Source of the DNA: Leptospiraceae bacterium
GTDB taxonomy: Bacteria > Spirochaetota > Leptospiria > Leptospirales > Leptospiraceae
Reading direction: 5' to 3'
Length of the DNA: 38,103 nucleotides
Assembly (NCBI GenBank): GCA_017996175.1
Contig: JAGOHK010000041.1
Span: forward strand, 1 to 38,103
The notes under the pieces: model-generated
What the model saw: only the letters and a program-made list of their open reading frames with translations
What the model was told of the DNA's origin: nothing
Database searches by the model: none
Shown here: piece after piece, positions 20,219 to 30,456 of the stretch
How positions within the stretch are numbered: position 1 is the stretch's first letter
Layout of the letters: each line of letters starts with the position of its first letter
Made by a program: the position numbers and the translations under genes

Positions 20219-21421
20219 TTAGTCGATAAGTCCAAGCTCGAACGCAAACTTTATCATAGCCGTTGCAGCTGCTTCCTTTGGGAATGGATGCTCTAAGTGA
20301 GCCGAACCAAATCGCATATTCTTAGGAAATGGGCTATAAGAAAGATCCCAGTGGTGACCATGAAGCATTGCTAAGTCAGTCGCCATCGGAGTAATGATCT
20401 TAGCCCCATTTTGAGTAACTTGCATATCGTTATTGGCGTCGTATTTATTTAGCTCCATCACACCTTGCATCTGGAAATAAGGAACTTCTGTAACAGTCGT
20501 TGAGCCAGTGAGGTTAAAAATTGGAATATTCATCTTATCAATTTCTTTTAGATGTTTTTGGAGAAATTCTTGTCTTGCGGTAGTAGTGATTGCTTCGACT
20601 GCATTTTTGATATGGTATTCTTCTAGTCTTCGCACTTTTTCACCTAACTTAATTACAGGGTTTACAACTTGTAACATTTCGGTGAGATTTTTTATAACTC
20701 CCATATCTACATCTTTGATAGAATTATAGATATTATCCGCTAAAGGAGATCCTCCTGGTGCACCTGCCCAGTTAAATATACAACGAATTCTATTTTTTAA
20801 TTCTGGCAGGCGGATAAGCGCTGTTAATAGATCAGGCATTCCTTTGCTATAACAAATTACAAAAATATCTTTTGGTGGTTTACCTTTTGTAATTGGTTTT
20901 GCATTCGCATCGAGTCCGATTCCTTTTTCTACTGCATTCTGAATATCAGCCACGTTTTCTTCACAACCTCTCATCGGGTGAGAATCAGATTGTAGAATTC
21001 GGATTTTGTATTTCTTTTCAATCGCGGGAAATGCTTCTTGAAATGCCATCACAGGAAGAAGTCCAGTTAAAAGTCCCGGACAAAAAAGCAGAGTCGTATT
21101 TTTCAAAACTGGTTTAGGTGCTTCTGGATACTCGTCGTTCCATTCAGGTTTGCCATCATTTCGCAAAAAACGTTCATAAGCTTTTTGTTTTGCGGGACGA
21201 TCATCCTTTCCGAAAAGAGGTTTCGCAGTTGCTGCTTTCATAGCAATCGGATCTTGGATTGTTTCGTTTAGGAAAATATTTCTCCATCTCTTAGCACAAA
21301 ATTCTTTAACGTCAGAATCAGCAAATGCACGCGGGCTTTTTTGAATTTTGACTATTACTTTTTCTAATTCAGAGGAAAATTTGGAATCTTTATTTATTTC
21401 AGTGGTTTTTGTCTTTGTCAT
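20219..21421 (-). CDS. Hypothetical protein (400 aa), no recognisable signature
   Basis: Long ORF with a good start context; no motifs I can name with confidence. Confidence 0.5.
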   Translation of the reverse strand: MTKTKTTEINKDSKFSSELEKVIVKIQKSPRAFADSDVKEFCAKRWRNIFLNETIQDPIAMKAATAKPLFGKDDRPAKQKAYERFLRNDGKPEWNDEYPEAPKPVLKNTTLLFCPGLLTGLLPVMAFQEAFPAIEKKYKIRILQSDSHPMRGCEENVADIQNAVEKGIGLDANAKPITKGKPPKDIFVICYSKGMPDLLTALIRLPELKNRIRCIFNWAGAPGGSPLADNIYNSIKDVDMGVIKNLTEMLQVVNPVIKLGEKVRRLEEYHIKNAVEAITTTARQEFLQKHLKEIDKMNIPIFNLTGSTTVTEVPYFQMQGVMELNKYDANNDMQVTQNGAKIITPMATDLAMLHGHHWDLSYSPFPKNMRFGSAHLEHPFPKEAAATAMIKFAFELGLID

Positions 21422-21503
21422 ACTTCATCATTTGGGAAAAGGTTCTATTTTTGTCATGTAAGATTTTTTACGGAGTAAAATTTCTATACGAAAAAAAAAC
21501 AGC

Positions 21504-22058
21504 TTAGATAATTTCAGCTAGACTAATGAGTTTGTTCGTAAGCGGGATTAAAATTTTTTCTTCAAGTCCAACTGCTTTTTGAAAAGTATATTTTCCGTTA
21601 ATAGGATTTTCGAATACTAAGATTTTTTGATTTTGCAAATCTAAAATCCAGTAGATAGAAATATTGGCTGAGGCATAAATATCTGCTTTGTACAAATCAT
21701 CTTCGAGAGAACTAAAGGTTACTTCCACAACAAAAGCCGCTGTCTCTGGATATTTGTCTCCGAAGTCGTCATAGTTTCCTTCGAGAAGAGAAATATCTGG
21801 CTCTGGTTCTGAATCAGCTATCTTGATTGGACTTTCTTGCAATACGATAAATCTTTCTGGGATGGCAGAGCTTAAAATATCTCGGAGTTTATTTACTACT
21901 TTTCGATGTTTGGGTGAGATTGTTATTTTACGTACAACGATTCCATGAATGAGTTCGGTATTGCGCGGCAAAATTCCAATAGTGCCTAATTTATGATAGG
22001 TATCCAAATCATATTGAAAGATTTTTTTTACCCTAGACTCAGTCAATACAGAACTCAT
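21504..22058 (-). CDS. Uma2-family (DUF820) putative PD-(D/E)xK endonuclease
   Basis: AAFVVEVTFSSLEDDLYKADIYASANISIYWILDL matches the Uma2 core (E..V.S......D...K...Y...G..EYWI.D). Confidence 0.7.
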   Translation of the reverse strand: MSSVLTESRVKKIFQYDLDTYHKLGTIGILPRNTELIHGIVVRKITISPKHRKVVNKLRDILSSAIPERFIVLQESPIKIADSEPEPDISLLEGNYDDFGDKYPETAAFVVEVTFSSLEDDLYKADIYASANISIYWILDLQNQKILVFENPINGKYTFQKAVGLEEKILIPLTNKLISLAEII

Positions 22059-22211
22059 GTTATTATTCTAGTTTCCAATTTTTCCTTTTTTCCTTCTGTC
22101 AAGTATAAAAAAACTACATACGTCTACTTTAGATTCTCGAAACTAGGAAAAAATAAAAAAAGATTGTTTTCAAAATAGGAAATTCATTAGTTTACAAAGG
22201 TGAGGCAATAG

Positions 22212-25200
22212 ATGGAGTTCTTTGAACCGTTTACAAAATATATACTTTTTAACTTTTTTTCGTTTGGAACTTTACTTGTTACTATATTCACTTTTGCTTT
22301 TGCCTATTTTTTCTTAACCCTTCCCAATAAATCTGATAGCACATTTCATCTTGGAATTGCATTTTTATTCTTAGCGTTTTTTAACACCGGTTATTTTGTC
22401 GCGGCATTTTGTTATCATCCGATTGCAGCCTATCATAGATGGATTACGGGTGGTTTTGTTCTGCCTGCCCTTTTACATTTCGGACAATTTTTCTTCAAGT
22501 ATCCTAAGGACACAAATCCAAAATTATCAGGAAGAGTTTTGAAGATTATGTGGGCAGTCGCAATTCTTGTAGATATTATTTTTATCGCAGGGACATGGAG
22601 TGCAAATAGAAAGTTCCATTTCACTGGTCACTACTGGGATTTTGATGCAGAGCCAATCAGTAAAATGCTCGCAGCGTTAATCGCAATCTATTCGATCATT
22701 TCTTTTCTATTGATTGGAGCTTGGAAAATTTACATAGTTAAAACAAAAGAACGCTCTGTTTTAATTAAACTTCTAATTGCTATGTTAATCGCAGCCATCA
22801 CTCCGAATATTACTAATATCATGAGCCGAGACGGTGCATTAGATAGATCTGCGTATTTAATTTCCCTAACTTTGTTTTTTGTAATTGGATTTTTTATTAT
22901 TTCTATCGTGTACGTAAACTCTACAAAAGACAGAACAACCTTCATGGTAAAAATTGTAGGGCTAACACTTGTTACACTTTTAATCATCATGCAGGCTTCT
23001 AGTTTTTACTCTATGAAAGACAAAGACCTGGATTACGACACACTTCGTTTGGAAAATATGACCCGTATTTTAGAAGGGGGAGATAAATATAAAGATACAA
23101 AGTATTTGATCCAACTTTCTCTAGACGAACTAGAAGTACAAAAGAAAGATTATCCATCTTCGATTAATCTAGATTTGCCTCTGGTGGAAGTAGATTTTCG
23201 AAATACTGTAATATATGAGGATATTAAGAATTTACCGGAGTCAAACTTTCGTTCTTCGTTAAATGAATATCTTTTTAACACTCACCCTTACTTTGAAGGA
23301 TTTAAAAATAGTATAGGCGAATACCTAGTAACCAACAAAGACATGGGAGACAGTGAACTAAAAGAAAAAATTTTCCCATTTCTAGATAGCCTAAATAAAT
23401 TTAGTTTCATCCAGTCTAATAAAATCAGTCAGTTGGATTCAAAAAATTTCTGCGGGGCTATCACCAAACATCTCAGTTCAAATAATTTAAAGAATTTTAA
23501 AATCGCAATTGATAAAAATTTTTCCGGTTGTAAATGGAATGGAAGAGAAATAGACTCACTTAATCTAAGCCGTGAAATCAATAAATACTTTAGGTTTTTC
23601 CAACCAGCACTTACAAGGCATTTCAGAAGAAGTCTAGATGAATTTTCCAATCAAAAACATTATGTTGCCTATACTTACTACGATGTTTATACACAAACTA
23701 TAAGCGAAGTCGGTTATTCTTACTTTGGCTACAGGCAATATATGCATACAACAGCGTTTAACCAACAGTTTATTTTAATATTAGTTGTATTCGTAATCAT
23801 AGGTATATACCCGTTATTCTTTAGAGGAAGTTTGATTACTCCTCTTTGGGATTTAGTTCATGCATTAGAAAGAGTAAATCATGGAGATTTAGAAGTAGAA
23901 GTTCCCATCAAGGTAAATGATGAGATTGGTTTTTTATCAGATTCATTCAATAATATGGTGATTTCGATTAAGTATGCGCGCTCCGAATTACAACATTATG
24001 CCGACAACCTAGAAAGCAAAGTAACAGATAGAACCAAAGAAGTCCAAGAGAAAATGGACGAGGTACAAAAATTAAAAGTTCAACAAGATGGGGATTATTT
24101 CCTCACTTCCCTTTTATGTAAACCACTCTTTATGAATGCAAATAAATCAGAATTCACTAAAACTGAATTTATGATTAAACAAAAAAAACATTTTGAATTC
24201 AAAGGAAAAGAAGTAGAAATTGGCGGAGATATCTGTGTTACCGGTAACTTACGATTTGGCACAAAGACCAAATTCACTCGATACACGATGGCGATGAATG
24301 GGGATGCCATGGGAAAATCCATGCAGGGGGCGGGTGGATCAATTGTTATGGGAGTTGTAATGAATTCCATCATGTCTAGATCTGCTGCAAAAGACTGGGT
24401 GGTTGACAAACCTCCTGAGATGTGGCTAACAGACGTATACTACGAGACACATAGAGTCTTTAAAACATTTAACGGCTCAATGGTAATATCTTGCACGGTA
24501 ATGTTAATCAATGACGAAACAGGGGAAGTATATTATTTTAACGCAGAACATCCTTATGCTGTACTTTATAGAAATGGGAGAGCAGAGTTCATTGAAAATA
24601 ATTTGAATTTACGCAAATTAGGACTTGATTCAGAAATTCCTTTCCAAGTTTTCAAATTTGAATTGGAGCCGGGAGATGTAATTCTACTTGCGTCAGACGG
24701 AAGGGATGATATTGATTTAACTCCCGAAGAGCCAGTTCGTACGATCAATGAAGATGAGACTTTGTTTCTAAAACATGTGATTGCAGGGCGTGGGAATATA
24801 CAAGAAATTTACCACGGGTTACAACGTTCAGGTGAGTTCATTGATGATTTTTCGATTCTCAGAATTGGATTCAAAGAATCTCCGGTTAAATACGATCATC
24901 CCCAAGATGAACCGGGGATTATTTTGCCACAGGATATTGACTATGACGATTTGGAAGGGGTTTACAGTGAATGTAAAAAACTCATCCGTGATAACAAGGA
25001 TGAGGCTGCAAGACAATTACTCGAAATAACTTATAATAGATCAGAAGCAAATCAGAAAGATCCAAAAATCAATAAACTTTACGGATTACTTTCTTTTAAA
25101 GCTAGAGATTATATTTCAGCGGTAGTGGTAATTCGTAAGTATCTGCAACATGATCCTGACTATACAGAATTTTGGTATTACCTTTCTATGGCAGAAAAAA

Positions 25201-25412
25201 AGCTGGGTCATTACAATATGGCGATGGAAGCGGGAGAGCGGTTAAGAGCGATTGACCCCGATCATACATTGAATTTACTCAACCTAGCGGACGTTAACCG
25301 CTTAATGAGTAAAAACGAAACTTCTATTCAGCTTACAAAAAGAGTATTAGAATTGGAACCAGAAAATTTAGGTGCAAAACGTCTACTCCAAATATTGAAT
25401 GCGATTGTATAA
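22212..25412 (+). CDS. Multidomain signalling protein: 7TM receptor-like N-domain, HAMP, PP2C/SpoIIE-type Ser phosphatase, C-terminal TPR repeats
   Basis: ~7 N-terminal TM helices, further TM followed by HAMP-like (PLWDLVHALERVNHGDLEVEV...IGFLSDSFNNMV), PP2C motifs (GDYFL, MNGDAMGKSMQGAGG, LLASDGRDD), TPR-like C-terminus. Confidence 0.8.
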   Translation: MEFFEPFTKYILFNFFSFGTLLVTIFTFAFAYFFLTLPNKSDSTFHLGIAFLFLAFFNTGYFVAAFCYHPIAAYHRWITGGFVLPALLHFGQFFFKYPKDTNPKLSGRVLKIMWAVAILVDIIFIAGTWSANRKFHFTGHYWDFDAEPISKMLAALIAIYSIISFLLIGAWKIYIVKTKERSVLIKLLIAMLIAAITPNITNIMSRDGALDRSAYLISLTLFFVIGFFIISIVYVNSTKDRTTFMVKIVGLTLVTLLIIMQASSFYSMKDKDLDYDTLRLENMTRILEGGDKYKDTKYLIQLSLDELEVQKKDYPSSINLDLPLVEVDFRNTVIYEDIKNLPESNFRSSLNEYLFNTHPYFEGFKNSIGEYLVTNKDMGDSELKEKIFPFLDSLNKFSFIQSNKISQLDSKNFCGAITKHLSSNNLKNFKIAIDKNFSGCKWNGREIDSLNLSREINKYFRFFQPALTRHFRRSLDEFSNQKHYVAYTYYDVYTQTISEVGYSYFGYRQYMHTTAFNQQFILILVVFVIIGIYPLFFRGSLITPLWDLVHALERVNHGDLEVEVPIKVNDEIGFLSDSFNNMVISIKYARSELQHYADNLESKVTDRTKEVQEKMDEVQKLKVQQDGDYFLTSLLCKPLFMNANKSEFTKTEFMIKQKKHFEFKGKEVEIGGDICVTGNLRFGTKTKFTRYTMAMNGDAMGKSMQGAGGSIVMGVVMNSIMSRSAAKDWVVDKPPEMWLTDVYYETHRVFKTFNGSMVISCTVMLINDETGEVYYFNAEHPYAVLYRNGRAEFIENNLNLRKLGLDSEIPFQVFKFELEPGDVILLASDGRDDIDLTPEEPVRTINEDETLFLKHVIAGRGNIQEIYHGLQRSGEFIDDFSILRIGFKESPVKYDHPQDEPGIILPQDIDYDDLEGVYSECKKLIRDNKDEAARQLLEITYNRSEANQKDPKINKLYGLLSFKARDYISAVVVIRKYLQHDPDYTEFWYYLSMAEKKLGHYNMAMEAGERLRAIDPDHTLNLLNLADVNRLMSKNETSIQLTKRVLELEPENLGAKRLLQILNAIV

Positions 25413-26353
25413 TGGACATTGAGTTTCCAGAAAATCTAATTTACTTAGAGAAAAGCCCACGTCACCCCAATTTATATGATGTGAGCCTCCATGGAATCGA
25501 TAAGTTAACAGAGTACGACTCGATAGAAATTCATATAGTACTTTATCCGTACAGTAGAAGAATCAGCTCTGAACAGGTTAGCTTTTATCCGTTCGAAGAA
25601 TATGTAAAAGACGTAGAGTCAAATCATCTTTCTGCGTATTCAAAGATGCTTCCTAAATTTCAAAAGTTTTTTGGTCTAACACTTGGTTCTCTCATTGCTG
25701 GAATATTTTACAAATACAAACCCGATGATTTATTTTCTGTAGAATCTATTGTTGCAGTATTTGCGGCATACTCTATCGGCAAGGAAATGTGGTCGGATAT
25801 AGAAAGATTTTTTATCAATATTTCTAAACGTTCTAGAATGCGTTATACGGAAGACTACTATCGCTATGAGTTAGAAAAATTTACTACGATGACTCACTAT
25901 TCAACACTCGCCAAACAAAAACGTTACGGCAAAACAACATTACTCCCAGAGAAAATTAATTTCTTAGAGTTAAGTAATTCCCAAACTCTTAGAATGTATT
26001 TTGAACTAGCAGAAATCAAAGAAAAAAAAGCCAAATCGGCACATATATTCTCAATCCATATAGACCCAACCCTTCATCCAGATTTTGTAAAATACGGACA
26101 TTTATTCGGAGTTAAACTCAGTTTGAATCAAAAGAAATTTGGCTTCACCAAAAAACTAGAACTATTCCAATCTCTCCATAACCGCGAAAAAGGTTGCCTC
26201 GATGACGAAGAAGTCTGGTCTAAGAATGCTATTTTCTTTCGACGAGTGTTGACAATGGGCAAAATCAAATATTTTCTAGAGCGGGGGCTAATTGCTAGTA
26301 AGTCGCTTATTTCTTATATTGAGCCTAGGTTTGGGAAGAGTCGGAGAGGGTAA
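25412..26353 (+). CDS. Hypothetical protein (313 aa) translationally coupled between PP2C phosphatase and hsdR
   Basis: TAATG overlaps at both ends (25412 and 26353); two hydrophobic segments near residues 85-125; no known motif recognised. Confidence 0.55.
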   Translation: MDIEFPENLIYLEKSPRHPNLYDVSLHGIDKLTEYDSIEIHIVLYPYSRRISSEQVSFYPFEEYVKDVESNHLSAYSKMLPKFQKFFGLTLGSLIAGIFYKYKPDDLFSVESIVAVFAAYSIGKEMWSDIERFFINISKRSRMRYTEDYYRYELEKFTTMTHYSTLAKQKRYGKTTLLPEKINFLELSNSQTLRMYFELAEIKEKKAKSAHIFSIHIDPTLHPDFVKYGHLFGVKLSLNQKKFGFTKKLELFQSLHNREKGCLDDEEVWSKNAIFFRRVLTMGKIKYFLERGLIASKSLISYIEPRFGKSRRG

Positions 26354-28743
26354 TGCTAAGTAAGCGAAACGAATCAGAAACACGCAGAGACTTAATTGAT
26401 CCTGCCCTTTTACAAAATGGCTGGAATGACGCACTCATCAAACGAGAAGAAACTGCTCCGACTGTTGATATCATTGATGGAAAAGCTGTTCGCCGCAAAA
26501 AAGGCAGAACGGACTATACACTTCGTATCCGCTTAAATGAAACATCGCAACCAATCGCTATTGCCCTCATCGAAGCCAAGACAGAATCCGATTCCCCCTC
26601 AAAAGGACTTGAACAAGCAAAATCTTATGCAGATTGTAAACGTTTAAATGTGAAATTTATCTATTCCTCAAATGGACACCAGTTTGTAGAATTCAATCGT
26701 TTCACTAGAGAGACAAGTTCTCCTAAACCCATGTCTGAGTTCCCAAGTCCCGATGATCTCAGAAGAAAATATGAATTTCACATGGGTTTTGGTTTGGCGG
26801 ATACTGTCGCTAAGCCACTCAGTAGCAAATACAAAGGTGGAGAAGACGCAAGACGATACTACCAAGATGCTGCTATCCGTGCTGTGTTAGAAAAAATTGC
26901 CCAATGTAAAACTAAAAAGGAACCGAGTAGAGTATTACTTTCCTTAGCCACTGGCGCTGGAAAAACTTTCATCGCTGTTCACTTGCTTCATAAAATTGCA
27001 ACTGCCGGAGATATGCGAAAAGCTCTTTTTATTTGTGATAGAGACGAACTTAGGTCACAGGGATTAAACGCCTTTAAAAATATATTTGGAAGTGATACCG
27101 CCGAGGTTTACAAAACAGGGGATAATCGAAATAACGCGAAGAATGCAAAGATTCATATTGCAACCTATCAGACTTTAGGAATAGACAAAAAAGAAGAAGA
27201 GAACGACGAAGTATCGGAAAGTTTTTTAAATCAATTCTACTCAGAGAATGAATTTAGTCATATAATCATTGATGAATGCCATCGCTCTGCTTGGGGCAAA
27301 TGGTCTGAAATTTTAAAAAAGAATCCTGATGCAGTCCAAGTAGGGCTAACAGCGACTCCGCGCCAGTTGATCGATGACAACAAAAATGACTCTGAGATAA
27401 GTGCGAATAATTTCAAATACTTCGGCGAACCTGTCTATGAATATGACATCAGCCAAGGAATCGAAGATGGATACCTTGCCGCTTGTGAAATTCTAAAAGG
27501 TAGAGTCAATATTGATGACACTGGTTTAACACTCGCACAGATAATCAAACTTAAACCCAAAGATTATATCACTGGAAGATTATTAAGTGAGAAAGAGCTA
27601 AAAGACATTTACGAAAAGAACGACTACGAAGGGAAAATTCTTTTACCCGATAGAGTCGCAGCGATGTGTAAAGACTTGTTTGACTATCTATGTGAATCGG
27701 GAAAACCCGAACAGAAAACCGTTATATTTTGCACTAGAGACACTCATTGTGATTTGGTAGTCGCCGAGCTAGAAAGAATTTATAAAAAGTATTGTGATGA
27801 AAACAATCGAGAGCCTAAGGAGCATTTTGCGTTCAAATGTACGACTGCCGGTGGAAGTGAAAATCTCCAAACCTTCAAAGGAAATCCCGAAAGATACTTC
27901 ATAGCGGCTACTGTTGATTTGCTTTCTACGGGTGTTGATATTCCTAGACTCCAAAATGTAGTATTCTTTCGGTATTTGAAATCAGCGATTACATTTTACC
28001 AAATGGTCGGTCGTGGAACGAGACTTGATCCTGAATCCAACAAACTCATGTTTCGAGTTTATGATTATACAAATTGCACTCGACTTTTCGGAAAAGAATT
28101 TCTATCTAAACTAACCAAAGAAAAATCAGACAAAAAAACCGGTGGTGGTGGCGGTGATCCAGAGCCTGTCATACTTCCCTACGTGGAAGGATTTGACGAT
28201 ATTCTAGTTCATTATGTAGATCATCAAATGCTCATCTCAGAAGAAGGAAAGGCAAAACCTGTGAGTATCGACATTTACAAACAGCGTGTTGTCGATGTTC
28301 TAGTTCACTCTTCCGAAACTGTAGAATTTTTTCGCAAAACATGGATTGAACCACAAGAAAGAAAATCTCTCATGGAAAGACTTCCCTCTAACGGCAAATC
28401 CGCATTAGTCGTTCAAAAGCTAACCAATATGTCCGACTTTGACCTCTTTGACGTATTAGCCGAACTTGGCTACCACACCGAGCCGCAAACCAGAAAAGGT
28501 AGAGTCTCTAACTTCCTAGCGCATAACAAAGATTGGCTTCTCGCTTTTCCCAAACGCACTTCTTCTGTTCTACAAGAAATTCTAAACCAATTCATAAAAG
28601 GCGGAACCGAAATTCTAGAAAGCGGCTACTTATTCCAAGTCCCCGAAATCAACCGCGCCGGTGGTATTATTGGTCTAAAAGAATCCGGCTTGGCACCGAG
28701 AGAACTTTTACAGGAAACGAAATGGAAGCTATTCACTGTCTGA
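26353..28743 (+). CDS. hsdR: Type I restriction enzyme R subunit (HsdR), short EcoEI-like (type IB) architecture
   Basis: N-terminal PD-(D/E)xK (DYTLRI...ALIEAK), SF2 helicase motifs GAGKTFIAV, DECH (IIIDECHRS), LTATP, QMVGRGTR; ~800 aa with EcoEI-type C-terminal region. Confidence 0.85.
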   Translation: MLSKRNESETRRDLIDPALLQNGWNDALIKREETAPTVDIIDGKAVRRKKGRTDYTLRIRLNETSQPIAIALIEAKTESDSPSKGLEQAKSYADCKRLNVKFIYSSNGHQFVEFNRFTRETSSPKPMSEFPSPDDLRRKYEFHMGFGLADTVAKPLSSKYKGGEDARRYYQDAAIRAVLEKIAQCKTKKEPSRVLLSLATGAGKTFIAVHLLHKIATAGDMRKALFICDRDELRSQGLNAFKNIFGSDTAEVYKTGDNRNNAKNAKIHIATYQTLGIDKKEEENDEVSESFLNQFYSENEFSHIIIDECHRSAWGKWSEILKKNPDAVQVGLTATPRQLIDDNKNDSEISANNFKYFGEPVYEYDISQGIEDGYLAACEILKGRVNIDDTGLTLAQIIKLKPKDYITGRLLSEKELKDIYEKNDYEGKILLPDRVAAMCKDLFDYLCESGKPEQKTVIFCTRDTHCDLVVAELERIYKKYCDENNREPKEHFAFKCTTAGGSENLQTFKGNPERYFIAATVDLLSTGVDIPRLQNVVFFRYLKSAITFYQMVGRGTRLDPESNKLMFRVYDYTNCTRLFGKEFLSKLTKEKSDKKTGGGGGDPEPVILPYVEGFDDILVHYVDHQMLISEEGKAKPVSIDIYKQRVVDVLVHSSETVEFFRKTWIEPQERKSLMERLPSNGKSALVVQKLTNMSDFDLFDVLAELGYHTEPQTRKGRVSNFLAHNKDWLLAFPKRTSSVLQEILNQFIKGGTEILESGYLFQVPEINRAGGIIGLKESGLAPRELLQETKWKLFTV

Positions 28744-28857
28744 ATCGCGGATTATACGGATTAAGGGATTACACGGATTGGACTTAATTGAAAAAAATAA
28801 ATCTGCGGAATCCATAAAATCTGTGCTCAAATCTGCGATCAAGGATTATGCTTAATA
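28737..28857 (+). repeat. Direct repeat copy A: remnant of hsdS 5-prime end (encodes SESRIIRIKGLHGLDLIEKNKSAESIKSVLKSAIKDYA*)
   Basis: ~86% identical over the first 42 nt to the start of hsdS at 29236 (tgtctgaatcgcggat...), homologous at protein level; coordinates approximate. Confidence 0.7.
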
Positions 28858-29243
28858 TGAATACTGATTTAAAATATGAGGACATTACTAAAAAGATAAT
28901 TGGGGCTTCGTTTGAGGTTCATAAATTTTTAGGGAACGGATTTCAGGAAGTTATCTATCAAAGAGCCTTAGCTTATGAAATGAAAATGGCCGGTTTAGAA
29001 TTTGACAGAGAAATTGAACAAAATATTTATTATAAAGAATTAGAAAAACCAATCGGAAAAAGAAGAGCTGATTTTGTAGTAGAAGGAAAAGTCTTAGTGG
29101 AACTTAAAGCAATCATTCAACTTGAAGATGTGCATTTAGCACAAGCTCTCAACTATCTAAAAGCCTATAAATTAGAAGTTGGATTACTCATAAACTTCGG
29201 TAGCAAAAGTTTAACATTTAAGAGGTTGGTGAAAAGTGTCTGA
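28848..29243 (+). CDS. GxxExxY-family protein (small PD-(D/E)xK-like protein often embedded in R-M loci)
   Basis: 131 aa; motif GNGFQEVIYQ (GxxExxY), family-typical length and DFVVEGKVLVELK core. Confidence 0.75.
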   Translation: MLNMNTDLKYEDITKKIIGASFEVHKFLGNGFQEVIYQRALAYEMKMAGLEFDREIEQNIYYKELEKPIGKRRADFVVEGKVLVELKAIIQLEDVHLAQALNYLKAYKLEVGLLINFGSKSLTFKRLVKSV

Positions 29244-30456
29244 ATCGCGGATGACACAGATTAAAGGATTACGCGGACAAGAAAAAGAAAATCAATCCGT
29301 GAAATCTGCGTCATCCTTTAAATCCGCGATTCTGACAAGTGATGCAGTGAAGCTGGGCGATATGTGTGAGCTTATTAGTGGTCAGCATATTGAGGCAGAC
29401 AATTATAACACTGATAGTATTGGAACGCCGTATTTAACGGGTCCGTCTGACTTTGGTTTGTTACATCCTATCATAACACGATGGACTGAATATCCAAAAG
29501 TCTTAGCAAAGAAAAATGATATACTCATTACAGTTAAAGGTTCAGGAACTGGTAAGCTAAACATCTTAGACAATGAATTAACGTGTATTAGCCGTCAATT
29601 AATGGCAATAAGAGTAAAGAGCAATGTGAATAATCTTTACCTCTATTATTATTTGGATAATATATATGCTCACTTCCAGAATGAATCCGAAGGGTCAGCA
29701 ATTCCAGGTATCGGTCGAGAGGATATTCTAAAAATTCCAATCCCTCTCCCGCCAATCACCATCCAAAAAGAAATCGCGGATTACCTACAATTTCGCCTAA
29801 CGTGTGTGGAAGAGGCAAAACAAGCAGTGAAAGCAGAACTCGAAGCCGTTAAATCATTGAAGCAAGCGTATTTGAGAGAAGTGTTTTCTTCCGAGCAAAG
29901 CAAAGATTGGGGCAAAGTAAAATTAGGCGATATGTGTGAAAATTTGGATAGTAAACGTGTTCCAATTACTTCAAATGTTCGCAATAAGGGAAACATTCCT
30001 TATTATGGGGCTTCAGGCGTAGTTGATTATGTAGAAGATTACATTTTTGATGAAGACTTGTTACTTGTAAGTGAGGACGGTGCAAATTTAATTTCAAGGA
30101 CTCAACCGATAGCTTTTTCTATATCCGGTAAAACTTGGATTAATAATCATGCACATGTTTTAAAGTTTGAAAGTAGGATTACCCAGCAATTTGTTGAGTT
30201 TTATATTAATTATGCTGACATTAATATTTTCGTTTCAGGTTCCGCTCAACCTAAGTTGAATCAAGAAAACTTAAATAAAATCCCAATCCCACTCCCGCCA
30301 CTCGCCGTCCAAAAAGAAATCGCCGACTATTTACAAACGAAGTTTACAACTGTGGATACTCTTGTGCAGGCGCTCACGGAGAAGAAGAAGGCTATAGATG
30401 ATTTGCCGCAGGCGTTTTTGAGGGAAGTGTTTGGTAACACGGATGGAGCGGGTTAG
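29236..30456 (+). CDS. hsdS: Type I restriction-modification specificity subunit HsdS (two TRDs, two conserved repeats)
   Basis: Internal repeats KIPIPLPPITIQKEIADYLQ and KIPIPLPPLAVQKEIADYLQ after each target-recognition domain; LGD start motif of TRD1 at residue 40 after a 38-aa N-terminal extension. Confidence 0.85.
   Translation: MSESRMTQIKGLRGQEKENQSVKSASSFKSAILTSDAVKLGDMCELISGQHIEADNYNTDSIGTPYLTGPSDFGLLHPIITRWTEYPKVLAKKNDILITVKGSGTGKLNILDNELTCISRQLMAIRVKSNVNNLYLYYYLDNIYAHFQNESEGSAIPGIGREDILKIPIPLPPITIQKEIADYLQFRLTCVEEAKQAVKAELEAVKSLKQAYLREVFSSEQSKDWGKVKLGDMCENLDSKRVPITSNVRNKGNIPYYGASGVVDYVEDYIFDEDLLLVSEDGANLISRTQPIAFSISGKTWINNHAHVLKFESRITQQFVEFYINYADINIFVSGSAQPKLNQENLNKIPIPLPPLAVQKEIADYLQTKFTTVDTLVQALTEKKKAIDDLPQAFLREVFGNTDGAG

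Noticed and set aside
28533-28787. 84-aa Arg-rich ORF overlapping the end of hsdR
   Set aside because: Alternative-frame artefact of the hsdR 3-prime end and repeat copy A
29211-29245. Apparent 1-nt discrepancy between the printed sequence and the ORF-track frame near the GxxExxY stop / hsdS start
   Set aside because: Could not be resolved by eye and is probably a counting artefact; ORF-track coordinates were used for the CDS calls and self-derived coordinates are stated as approximate
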